Below, in pieces: positions 53,258-64,000 of a stretch of 64,000 nucleotides of DNA (position 1 is its first letter; each line of letters opens with the position of its first letter). The notes under the pieces are model-generated. The model was not told where the DNA came from, ran no database searches, and worked only from the letters and a program-made list of their open reading frames with translations. Source of the stretch: Epithemia pelagica (lineage: Eukaryota; Protista; Bacillariophyta); NCBI GenBank assembly GCA_946965045.2, contig OX337233.1, forward strand, positions 2,542,001 through 2,606,000. Direction: 5' to 3'. The translations under genes and the position numbers were made by a program.

Positions 53258-54736
53258 TTAGCGCTGAGGCAAACCCAACCGTGCATTCCATTCCTCTTCG
53301 GTTCCTGTTGTTGTTGTTGTTGTTGGTGGATTGGACCGGACGGGTCGCACGACAAGGGGGGCATTGCCAAATCCATTCACACCGCCCTTGTCCTGGGACG
53401 ACAAGGATGCGACATGTGTGCCTCCATCGGTACCGGACGACTCGGAGGAGGAAAAGGGTGGTTCCGGGACGGCCGCTCGACGATATTCGGTGGTGATGCG
53501 CACCGTCGTATCCTGGTGGTGGTCGTCGTCCTTGTTGCTGCGTTGAACTCGTACCAGGACCAGATCAATTTGAGAACCGGATCCCAAATCATTTTCAATC
53601 CCAGCACGTACGGCTCGAATCAAGAGGTCCAACCCTTCCTCCAAGGTCAGATCCTTTTGGTTGTTGTTTTTGTTGGATCCACGGTGTCGCAACAGTCCTT
53701 GTTCCAAAATGGCCATGGCCGCCATGCCTCCACTTCCCAGTGCGGCAAAGGGAACAGTGGGAGTATCCATGGACCCATGAGGATGCAACACTCGGAGCAG
53801 GGGGGTCCAGGTTTGAGGACAAATCCCACCCACAATCAAATTGGCTTGACAATTTCCAGCCTGTTGATAGAGGTGGTTTCGTAACCAATGACACACGCTC
53901 GCCAGGGACAGCCGTGTCGTCGTTGTGGCATGGTGGTTCGTTCCGTTGGCGGGACGAATCCGGTACACACTCGTCGAATTTGGGTGGGCGTGGTAGAGAT
54001 CCTGGTTTGGAGGAAGGGAATGCTGAGGTTGGTTGCCAATGGTGGAGTCGTACACGAGGGTTTGATAGTGGAATTGATACCGACACGATCGAGCCACATG
54101 TTGCAAATCGGCCGACGTCCCCGCCCCCGCCGCCCAAACAAGGGAGGATGCCACGAGTGGATGCAACTTTTCGGCCCGTGTATCGGCCACCGTACTGTCC
54201 ATGGTCGCTCGGGTATCGGCCGCCAAGAGACAGTACTCTGTTCCAACGACCAGACCGGCAATGGTGGTTCCCGTATGACGGACCCGAGGCAAGGGTGCAT
54301 TCCGTGCTTGTTCTAGTTGCGGTGATGGCGATGGGGATACCAAGTTGTCCTTCCACGCATGTCGCAAAGGAGAGGGCTCTTGCAAGGCCCTGGCAGAGAC
54401 GGACGAGGATAATAGGAGATCCGGAAATCGACCGTTACTATCGGACATGGCGTCCTTGGTTGTTGTGGAACCAAGAATGGGGGTTTCGCCAAACAAAAAG
54501 TCATCCACCGGAATGCTCATTTTGGAAGACAGGTAGGACCGTTCGGTTGCGGTTGTGGGGTCGGTGACCAAGAAGGGGTTTTCGGCACCAGCGTCACCAA
54601 GAATGGGCTGTTGTGGAAAGAGGGTTCTGGCACTTTGTCCTTCACCGTACTTCCCTCCAGAGGCTTGGCAAAATCCTTCCAGACAAGAAAGGATTGCCAT
54701 GCAAAACAGTAAATCTCTTGCAAATCGCCTCATCAT
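53258..54736 (-). CDS. 20S proteasome beta2 (PSMB7/PUP1-like) subunit with signal peptide and 156-aa leader
   Basis: HTG-TTIAG (Thr1 codon 54266-54268), AADTRAT, EKLH, AGAGTSAD, LGSGGMAA, NDLGSGSQID. Confidence 0.85.
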   Translation of the reverse strand: MMRRFARDLLFCMAILSCLEGFCQASGGKYGEGQSARTLFPQQPILGDAGAENPFLVTDPTTATERSYLSSKMSIPVDDFLFGETPILGSTTTKDAMSDSNGRFPDLLLSSSVSARALQEPSPLRHAWKDNLVSPSPSPQLEQARNAPLPRVRHTGTTIAGLVVGTEYCLLAADTRATMDSTVADTRAEKLHPLVASSLVWAAGAGTSADLQHVARSCRYQFHYQTLVYDSTIGNQPQHSLPPNQDLYHAHPNSTSVYRIRPANGTNHHATTTTRLSLASVCHWLRNHLYQQAGNCQANLIVGGICPQTWTPLLRVLHPHGSMDTPTVPFAALGSGGMAAMAILEQGLLRHRGSNKNNNQKDLTLEEGLDLLIRAVRAGIENDLGSGSQIDLVLVRVQRSNKDDDHHQDTTVRITTEYRRAAVPEPPFSSSESSGTDGGTHVASLSSQDKGGVNGFGNAPLVVRPVRSNPPTTTTTTGTEEEWNARLGLPQR

Positions 54737-54966
54737 TGTCGCGGTTGTTCTCTCCTCTTTGTTGTCAAAGCTCCTTTTCTGGGTTGACGCGGCGATTGTT
54801 TCTTCCAAAGATCTTATCGCGTTTCGGTCGCTCCAACGGCGTATCTTGTATCTTCGACATCATGTCTGATTGGATTGGGATCGGCATTACGTGTGGCAGT
54901 GATGCGTTCCGACCAATGCAGAGAGACTTTCATGTGTGTTTCTCAGTCCTCGTTATGGACCAACCG

Positions 54967-56731
54967 CATGTGGTGGTGGTGGTGGCTCTTGATCGCGGCG
55001 ATGGTTGCCACGGCATGCTTTGATTGGCAGCAGCCGTCGCCGCTTCCGTGGATGGGTGTGGTGATGGCAGCAGCACCACCACCAGCCTTTGGGAGTTGTC
55101 CCAAACCAGGGACTGCTTTCTGGTCTCGGCGAATGCCACGATGGTTCGGGTTGCCTCCTGGTGGTTCTCCTTGTGCCAGCAGCAACAACAACAACAACAT
55201 TATGCGGCATCTGCCACCATTCCACCGCTATCCAACTCATCGTCCATCTGCCACTCCTTCAACGACCGAGAGCATCAGTGCACACAATCCAAACGACTGG
55301 ATACAGGACGTGTTGCGTCAGTGGGATTTGGAAATTGCCTACTTTGACAACCATCGTGGTTTAAAAACCCTCCGGGATCGTTTGCCGGGAGAGACTCTGT
55401 TGGCCATTCCCCTCCAACAGGCCTGGACACGACATTCCGTACTGGAACGGTTTCCCACTGCCTTTGGTCCTCCAGTGGTGGAGCGTGGGAGGACCAGCAA
55501 CAACAACCACACGGGTCCTGGTCTGACAGAAGAACAAGTCTTGATTGTGGGCTTGCTCTTGCTCCAACACCACGCACCGGAGGATCCCTATATTCAAAGT
55601 CTCCCTCCCATTCAGGCTTCCATTCTCTTTGCCATGTACACCACAAACGCCTCGGGGTCGGTCTCTTTGCAAGCCTTGGACTTGGCAACCTGTCTTCCTT
55701 CCACCTACCAACGATTGATTCAGGCCTATCGTCAGTATGTGCAACAACTGTACGAGTCTCTACTCGAGTATTACCAAGACCTGGTCGACGCACAAGACTC
55801 CTCTGGAATTCTTCCCACCGACACGACGGCATCCCATCCTGCCGTGTCCGATGCCCAGATCGTACTCGATCTGTTGCGGCACTCCAACTCTTCCATTGTG
55901 GTGGGGTCCCAAACTACTATTCCTCCACCCCGTGACTTTGCCTGGGCCTTTGGGACCATTCGGTCGCGCAGTATTGGCATGGCGGCGAACGAACTGAATC
56001 CAGAAGATATCAATGTTGATGATGAGGATGATGATACACTGTTACGCGTCTTGGTCCCCGGCTTTGATTTGCTCAATCACCAATTTGGGGCCTCCGTCCA
56101 ACGAGCCGTACAAAATCACTCCTTGGTCATTTTTTCCAATGACACCTATCAGGCCGGAGACCAAGTCTTTATTTCCTACGTGCCCACCCCAGACGACGAC
56201 GACGACAAGGACCAGGACCAGCAGACAACACCACAGGGAGCCAAACCACGCGACAATTTAAATCTCTTGTTAACCTATGGCTTTTGTCCTGGTCGCCACA
56301 ATCCCGAACAAGTCTTGTTTTTTGATCTCCCCAATGTCTTGGACGCGTGTGCCATGGTTCGTCCTCAGTACTTTTCGCCTCTTGTGCAACGGCAATTACA
56401 GCAGCTCTTTACCAAACTGGGCAAAGATCGAGAACTGTATAGTTTTCAAGGAGACACGAAACAGCCCAAATCGTGCTTGGTCCAAGCCATTGCCGTCATG
56501 GCCGAATTGGAACAACAATTGGTGTCCCAACCCGATCCACTCTTTGGTGACGACGTCTTGCAAGCTCTGTTGCAAACACGAAGCCAAGAACTGGAACGAG
56601 GTCAACAACACACCCAACAAATGATGGAAACCATTCCTTCGTTGGACGACCATGGCTGTCTGGTCGACCTTTTGGAATCCGTCGAAACTCTTCTGTCGGT
56701 AGAACAAGGGTATCTTTCCTTCATGTCTTGA
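54967..56731 (+). CDS. SET-domain (Rubisco LSMT-like) lysine methyltransferase; start uncertain
   Basis: HRGLKTLRD...GETLLAIP, FAWAFGTIRSRS, LVPGFDLLNH, GDQVFISY, LLLTYGF; hydrophobic N-terminus. Confidence 0.82.
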
Positions 56732-57645
56732 TGATGACGAATCTTTCCTTCATCTCATGATGACGACGACAAGACAAGACGACGACGATAAAGTGGTTTT
56801 CTCGTTCTCTTCCTTTGTCGCGTTGTCCAGTCCCCACATAATTTCTGCTTGCAACGACTATGGTGCCTGATGGTGCGTGCCCACCAAGTGTACCGGGTTT
56901 GTGGAAGTGCGTCGAATGCTTGTACATGACAGTCGTGATGAGGTACCGTTGGTTTCCGTGGTTTCCATGGTGAATGTACTCCTGCTTTCTTTGTGGTCTA
57001 AGCAGAGGATCCCAGGCGTTGTTTCCAATATGTACAGCACAACTGTCTTATGTGGTTTCAAACTTCGGCTTATTTTTTGGAACCAAATCAATGCGATCGT
57101 CCTTGTGTTATTCACTGTGAGACACTGGTGGTACTATTGGTAATTGGTAGGAGTAGGAGTCTAATCAAAGAGGATATACCCTAAAGATTGCGCTTGCATC
57201 TAGGCTGGATAGCAAACGAACTTTGATGGGGGAAATCGCATCGCATTGGTTTTTAGACTGCAGACAGACAGACGGGATTTTTTGGAAACTGAGATAACAG
57301 ATAACAGATGGGTGCAATTCCAGTACCGGTCGTTCCAGTGTTCCGCACCGGATGGAGGGGGAATTGCGACAGAAGCAAGGACACTTTTCATTCGATCGAC
57401 GCTCACAAATTCCGATTTCCGATTGACAACCTGACTCTTGTCTCTTCGGCATTTGACGACAAGCAAGAGAAGAAAGTCAACGGTCTACATCTCTGGGACT
57501 CCTTCGTGTTGTCATTACCCATTCTTCGCTTTACGATACTGCGTTGGCAGCATTCTCCAAAGACGATTGAGAAGAAGCCAACGAAACATTCCCAAGGAAA
57601 ATCATAAACTCTTGGATGCCAACAATGCTTTGTGCAAGCTTCAAC

Positions 57646-59258
57646 ATGTCGATTGTGACCGTCATGATAGTCATTGTCACAATGGCGATGCCATTCTCAT
57701 GCGCTGCATGGTCCCTGTCCAGGTCCTCAAGTGTCAGCTCCTTCACGGGTCGTTCTGGTTCATTCTTGTACGCGTCGCCGACCAAACGAGCAGGTGGTGG
57801 TGGCATGTCATCCTTGGTCATGTACGACAGTAGTCGTGATCCTCCCAATGACAAGCATGGCAGTGGCGGTAGCAGCAGTAGTAGCAGCACTCCCAATGCC
57901 TGGACGGTCCTCTCCAACACGGAACAATGGATATCCGCCACCTTGCACAGTAGCAATTCTCCAGGTGGTCAAAATCCCTATTCGCGCAAGGAAGTCTCCT
58001 ATGTCTGCGAGGCTAGTGGCGAATCAGCCATTATTGTCGCCAATCTCTTTCGTCGTCTCAAGGAAGCACGAGAACTGGGAGAATCGCATGGCCGACAAGA
58101 AGTGACTCGAGCCGAACGGGTTGGTACGTTGTTTCCCTCGCATGGCATTTCTCTCATGGCTACACAAGCTGTCGCAATATTTCCCTGACACAGTTTGCCT
58201 AATTTGCTTTCCTCACTGTGGTTTCTGCAGGTTCCTCCTATCATCCCAGCACGTTGCGTCAAACCCAACTCGTGGTCATTCCCAGCAATGACATTATGCA
58301 ACAGAACTTTACCGTTTTTAATGAAATGATTACGGCCGTTAATGACGCTCGGCGTTCAGCTCGTGATTATGTCACTGAAGCGCACTGGCAGCGATTGGAC
58401 GATGCTGAAGATGAGGACGAAGAGGACGACAAGGAATGGTCTGTTTCCGTCAATTGTGCTCATTTGCACCCAAAGTTTGGGGAAAAGACACCACGAGAAG
58501 AAATGAAAGAGTTGCAACAATTGGATCAACCAGGTGAAGTCGTCGATGTGCATTATCAAGAATTTCTCAAAAGACGTGTCCTGGCTCGACAATCTCCCTA
58601 TCCCACGGTTGTGATTGAAGTACGAGCCACACCGCCACCCGATTTCTCAGGAGCATCACCACCCCCATCGACGACCTTGTCGTCGTCAACTGCTTCTTCT
58701 ACCCAGAAGGAAGGAGACGTCACGGCAGCTGACATTATGAAATTGGAGCAATTGTTTGGAAAATCCGCTCACATGAACCACCCCACCAAACATACCACCA
58801 AGAAGCAAGAAGAAGAAGCCTTTTATTCGGCCATTGGGGATTCCATTCAAGAATTATCGGCTGTTTCGGCACTCACCATGGCACAAAACTACATGGCTAC
58901 GGCAGATCCGACGATACCTGCCACGGCAGCCTTTACCGAATCCAATACGGAAACGGTCGATGAAGCCTACGAATTTATTTTTACCAATGTGGCCATGATG
59001 GCCGAGACCGTTCACCGTCAACAACAACGTGGTCGTGGCGGCGGTGAGGACGATGTCCGTCATTACGTCGTCATGCCCCATTTTGTCACATCGGCCGCCA
59101 CCTCTCTGGAAAAGTTTTCGCGACAATGCCAGTCAATTCTGGATACTCTCCCTGATCTTGCGAATCGTATTGACATTGAAACCTACCATCCAGAACATGT
59201 TCACGAAGCCAAACGATCACCCATGCCCATTATCCTCCTTCGATGGAAGTCCAACTAA
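57646..59258 (+). CDS. Hypothetical protein with signal peptide; join(57646..58123,58231..59258)
   Basis: Two ORFs joined in frame by intron 58124-58230 (GTACGT...CTGCAG); N-terminal signal ending CAA-W. Confidence 0.7.
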
Positions 59259-60132
59259 GGTAGGTCCAGAGGGCAGGACCGTTCAGGGATGAACGCTCCA
59301 CCTCTTCTATCTGGACGACTTTAAATTTCGGAATCCACTCGCCCACAGTCATACCCAGTATCAGGCACAACACCCACCTGTCCATACCCGCTCCCACCCA
59401 CACACCCATCCATTGGCGTACTGCGTCATGGAAGCACGCACAACAACGTTGGGACAAACGCAATCCCGATGGCGCACGATGCAGTTTATATCAATCGCTA
59501 GTCTACTAGTATGAAGAAGCTATCGCATTAAAATCTAAGCACATACTCTGGATCATCGTCTTCTGTTGTCTTCTGCTAGAGAGAGCTAGGATTGTGAGTT
59601 GTGAGTAAGAATATGTCGGCTCTCATGGGATAGCCCGCCGACGCCGACAGCGTCGAACACTGCACTGGCTGGCTCTCTTACAATACTGTGGACCAGATGG
59701 TCTACAGACACAAAAATTTGTGTGGACACCACAAACTTCGAGCGAGAATTACGTCCATCTGCGCGAACGAGAAGATTCTTGTCTCGCATCTCCTCCGCTA
59801 CCTCTCGTCGAACTCGGGCACGTCGGATCGGAATTCGGAACATTTGTTTGATGGACAATGACGGAACGGTCATCTTGCCCAAAAATTCTGGGTTGCGCGA
59901 GTGGTCTTCTCCACCATGAATACTTGACCGAATGTTCCGAGAGACAAGGGAGTTGTGCTAGCATCCATTGCCTTCCTCGATTTTTCATCGTCATTGCTCT
60001 TGAGGATTCTATTTCGACAGACCCATTCGGTTGCAGACAAGTTGACAATTACTATGCTCTTAGCCCGTGGAGGTTGCTACTCCATCCATGGACATTAATC
60101 ACTAGATTCTCTTCACAAACTCGTTTCTCTCT

Positions 60133-61551
60133 TTAGACTTCGGCAGCGTCAAGTCCGAACTTGCGCTTGAACAAACCGTAATAGTCCACCTTTCCAGAGT
60201 TGACCGCGTCGACCAATTCCTTGCGCTTGGGGGTCAAGCCCGACTTGATGGCAGGCTCCAAACCTCCACGGGGGATACCAGCTTCGGTGTTACCCCAGAC
60301 GAGCTTGTAGCGGTCCGTGTTGGGGAGGGCCCGAGTTCCAAAGGGCGACAACCACATGCGAAGCATGAGACGTCCACCATCACCGCCTTGCTTGGATTCC
60401 GTGACTTCGCCATTGAAGCGCCACGAGTCGCGACCATGGTAGACGACGTGGTTGTTGAGCCAGTAGACCATACCAGTCTGCATCATAAAGTCGACACTTT
60501 CTTTCAATCCAATCTCTTCAATAATGTCAATGGCTTCAATGCCTTCTTCGTCGAGCTTGGGGACTTCGGGGAGCACTTGAGCATTTTCAATGTAGGAAGG
60601 AGAGACCTGAGAAGTGAACTTGCCTTGTTCGACGGACCAGACCGGCAAGTCAAAGAATCCGTTGACACCTTCCCAGATACGGTAAAAGGGTTGGTAGAGA
60701 CGGGCACAGAGTTCGGGGAAATCCTGGAGCATATTGTTGTGGACACGCACCGCGCTGCAAACGCGGCTGGCGCCACCCGCTGCGGCCGGACGAATACACA
60801 TGAGTGTAATGACATCGCAGCGGTCCGTGTGAAGACGGAAGTAATTGTTCGCTTGAAGACCATTCTTGGGAGTGTTGCCAACCATTTCGGCCTCGACGCG
60901 ACCGAGGGGCAAACCAAAGCCACGAGACTTGGATCGAAGACCAGCAGACGACTGGGGAATCCAGCGTCCAAGATAGCTGTTGACACCTGCATAAATGATA
61001 CCAATGTCTTCAATGGAGTAGTCTTTGACGGGCATGTTCTTAATCATGACGGCACCAGTGCCGTTCTCGAGTTCTTCGGCCATGTCAAAGAGCTTGGTGC
61101 CGAGGTCCTTGAGGGGAAAGTTTTCTTGAGTGACACCCAATGGTTGCCATCCATCCTGAAGATCCAATCCACTTCCTTCAGCCTTGCAAACAGCAAGAGC
61201 TTCCTTAATCTCTTCAAGGTCAGACACAGAAAGCTCGAGCCCCCAAAAGGGCGAGGCCAAGAGATCGTCCTTTCCCCAGTCGCACGTTCCTGTGATGGGT
61301 TTCAGGTCGTCGACGGTAGGAAGATTCAGATCATTGAACGAAAAGGTCTCCGCTGGAACGGAGGAGGACAACTGGGTTTCAAACAGCGTCTCGTTGGTCA
61401 CCATCCCTTCTTCACGGAGCGTAGCGACCATCGAGAGAGGGGTCGAAACACTCCACGATTGCGACTGGCGTAACACATTTTTTTGCTTGCCAACAAGAAA
61501 AGACAAAGATTGTTTCGTGAAAAGAGTGAACAAGAAAAGGGAAAGTTTCAT
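60133..61551 (-). CDS. TauD/TfdA-family Fe(II)/2-oxoglutarate dioxygenase, probably plastid-targeted
   Basis: LHTDRCD (HxD), LMCIRPAAAGGASRVCS, NNHVVYHGR, RLMLRMWL; signal peptide ending SLS-FLV. Confidence 0.85.
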   Translation of the reverse strand: MKLSLFLFTLFTKQSLSFLVGKQKNVLRQSQSWSVSTPLSMVATLREEGMVTNETLFETQLSSSVPAETFSFNDLNLPTVDDLKPITGTCDWGKDDLLASPFWGLELSVSDLEEIKEALAVCKAEGSGLDLQDGWQPLGVTQENFPLKDLGTKLFDMAEELENGTGAVMIKNMPVKDYSIEDIGIIYAGVNSYLGRWIPQSSAGLRSKSRGFGLPLGRVEAEMVGNTPKNGLQANNYFRLHTDRCDVITLMCIRPAAAGGASRVCSAVRVHNNMLQDFPELCARLYQPFYRIWEGVNGFFDLPVWSVEQGKFTSQVSPSYIENAQVLPEVPKLDEEGIEAIDIIEEIGLKESVDFMMQTGMVYWLNNHVVYHGRDSWRFNGEVTESKQGGDGGRLMLRMWLSPFGTRALPNTDRYKLVWGNTEAGIPRGGLEPAIKSGLTPKRKELVDAVNSGKVDYYGLFKRKFGLDAAEV

Positions 61552-62997
61552 CCTTCGACCTCTCAACCAGGAAGACGACGATTGCAGTACGACCTTTGCT
61601 ATCGTTTCGACGAGCTCGATATATTATGAACTCATGCGCATGAATGGTAAGATCGTGGGGGAACGCGACAAAAGTTCTGTTTGGCAGATGACGACGTAAA
61701 GCTTGGTACATCTGGTAGGTTGCTAACGGGGAGGCCACGGCATATTCGGCGTACGTCGAACAACCATGAGAGATATCCGGCGGTCAATTCGGATTTTGAC
61801 GATGCAAAGGCGAACAAAGATTAAGTTTAGCGGTAGGAGGCCATCAAAGTGGGGGTCCGTATCTTTTCGGCGTTCAATGAGGCAATGAAGATCTTTCCAA
61901 GCATCTGGTCATGGCCCCACCTCTTACGTAAGCAAACCGAAAAGATTCCATGGAATTTTGAAGAGGTATCTTCAGCATTGGCAATTTTTCACCCACAAAT
62001 TTGGAATTTTTGGAAAGGAAGACTCCAAGGCGAACAGGGACACCACATCATCTGCCAGTGCAGGCTATTGTATGGCCCATGTGGTCCCCATTGTCATGCA
62101 TCACTTGTCATTCACGCAAAGCTCGCATCACCACAATGCGACATCTGAAATTATGTCGTGGCTCACATATTCTTACTCTAACAAAATAGCAGACAATAAG
62201 GGTACGACACATATCAGACTCTAAAAAGACATATCAGATTTCGCCTTGCACAGAATTTTCTGAGATATTAGACGTGCACGTGTACAAACGCACTCGTGTT
62301 CGCGTAAGCAGTCGCGCGGAAGTGGGACTCATATCTCATCTCCACACTCTACTAGGGCGTAATAAAGTTGGATCACGCGTGACTGACACGATGTGGGGCA
62401 TCCACCCCACAAGGAGAAAGGATGCTATCCACTCTACCGCCTCTTGTTGGACAACCTGGGGGAATAGCTCGTAGACCGACATGAAACTAGGAGTACTCTC
62501 TTGACATTCGCCCTGAGATTATCGAAGATGAAGGTTCATGGGAAATGGAAACGGCAACCAGTGCCAGCGTGTTACCGATTCTCCAGTCGAAGGCTTCGCA
62601 AACAAAAATAGAAAGGTGCGAAAAAGCCTTCAGTGAGCAACTGCTTGGCGAATGCCTCGTGCAAGGAAAGGGATTGAGGCTATTCCGTGTCAGGACAATA
62701 TCCGCCTGTCCTCCCTTGTCTTTTCTTGCCTCCACATCAAAAAGAGTAAACGCTACAAAGCCCGGGAGACTGAGATGAAAAATTTAGAATATTAGCAAAT
62801 ACAAAGGGAAAGTTCCAGTGCTCCAGTAAATCTACGAAAGACGGAGAGGGCGCTCCGTCGTGCTATCCAGAAGTCATGGACGCCCGCAGCTGGTGATGCG
62901 TACACTCTCCAGTCCGTCCACGATCTGCATGGCCCAATGTATAGTTTGCGTGAAGGACAACAACAACAAGAGAGCTCGTCCTCATTTGTTCCACTTC

Positions 62998-64000
62998 TCA
63001 TCGGTTCTTACCAGCCAATTTCAGACCGCTTTCCGAAGCATTCATGTGAGCAGGTATTAGTTTTTCCAATACGTCTGGTGCAACTGATAACTCATGGCTC
63101 GTGAACTCAAAGAGCAATGGAGGAAGGTTTCCACCACCGTTAGGAAGTTTCGTAGATTCTTGTCTAAGCTCGTCAAAGAACGGGTGAGCACAGCCTTCCA
63201 AAGGAGCAATGCGTTTGGAAGGAGTATAAGCCAACGTTCTCGCAATAAAGTCCATCGCGTCTACAGGTGTTTTATTCCGGAAGATCTTCTTCCATTGACA
63301 CCCTTTGATCTGAGGAAATTTAAACTCCATATAATTGGAGTTCATGCTCCTTATCTCTTCCTTTGTTGGAGTCCCCAATACCTTGATAATTTCAACGAGT
63401 TGATCAACTCCCGAGTCTCCAGGGAACAACGGTTGCCCCAGCAACAGCTCTGCCCCCACACACCCCTGTGACCAAATGTCGATTGCGGTTGTGTAGTCTG
63501 TAGATCCAAATATGAGTTCCGGAGCACGATAGTATCTCGAGCATATGTAACTAACATTTGGTTCACCTGGAACAAGCGCTTTCGCACTGCCAAAATCACA
63601 AAGCTTAAGTTCCTGCGTTTGAGGATTCACCAACAGATTCTGCGGCTTAATATCTCGGTGGCATATACCCAAAGTGTGTATGTGTGCCAGAGCCCGGCTA
63701 AGTTGATACAAATACATCTTCACGAGAACTAGCGGTAAGTTCATCGCGTGCTTCTGATGTCGCCGGCTGATTGAATAAACCGTCTCTGGCACAAACTCAA
63801 GCACAAGGTTCAAATACAGATCGTCTGGCTTTTCTCCCTGAAAAGAACAAAAACAAACATCAAGTCGAGAATCAGCGTACCGTTTCCATTCAGGAAGGAT
63901 ATGACAGTAAACGAACATGAAAACTTACCTGAGAATAGAAGCAATGCTTCAAGGCAACGATATTTGGATGTGGATCTTTCACTAGCTGTCTCATAATCTG
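62998..64000 (-). CDS. GSK3: Glycogen synthase kinase 3/shaggy-like kinase, 5' incomplete; intron 63838-63928
   Basis: [52 protein letters not shown]; the upstream exon [23 protein letters not shown] joins GEKPD. Confidence 0.95.

Noticed and set aside
59586-59957. Minus-strand ORF MGKMTVPSLSIKQMFRIPIRR...
   Set aside because: Short, with an upstream in-frame stop and no recognisable domain or splice evidence.
60388-61473. 361-aa plus-strand ORF
   Set aside because: Antisense shadow of the TauD gene, which has clear catalytic motifs.

Overview
This is a gene-dense eukaryotic nuclear window, most likely from a diatom. That assignment is an inference from ~90-110 bp GT-AG introns, signal peptides followed by F or non-F residues (bipartite plastid/periplastid targeting), and the gene and TE repertoire. 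About 23 host genes flank a ~15 kb transposon island (~9.1-24.1 kb). The island contains (i) a complete Tc1/mariner-superfamily element with perfect 29-bp plant-mariner-type TIRs and a TA target duplication, (ii) a ~210-bp direct-repeat pair, and (iii) a tyrosine-recombinase (DIRS-order) retrotransposon. A 5'-truncated RNase-H-bearing LINE has inserted antisense into the gag-like ORF of that retrotransposon, with a perfect 16-bp TSD. The most unusual signal is the pol ORF of the YR retrotransposon: RT and RNase H appear to be bracketed by two methyltransferase-like folds, a degenerate C5-cytosine-MTase-like domain at the N-terminus and a DIRS-type N6-adenine-MTase-like domain at the C-terminus. 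Other notable host features are a four-domain MJ1316-EEP-2H-poly(A) polymerase RNA end-processing fusion, an XMAP215/ch-TOG with a ~900-aa N-terminal extension of 8 novel repeats, a signal-peptide-bearing proteasome beta2, a REX4-like nuclease with lost catalytic residues, and a bacterial-type MFS gene interrupted by one in-frame TAG. All protein calls come from motif recognition by eye; no searches were run.
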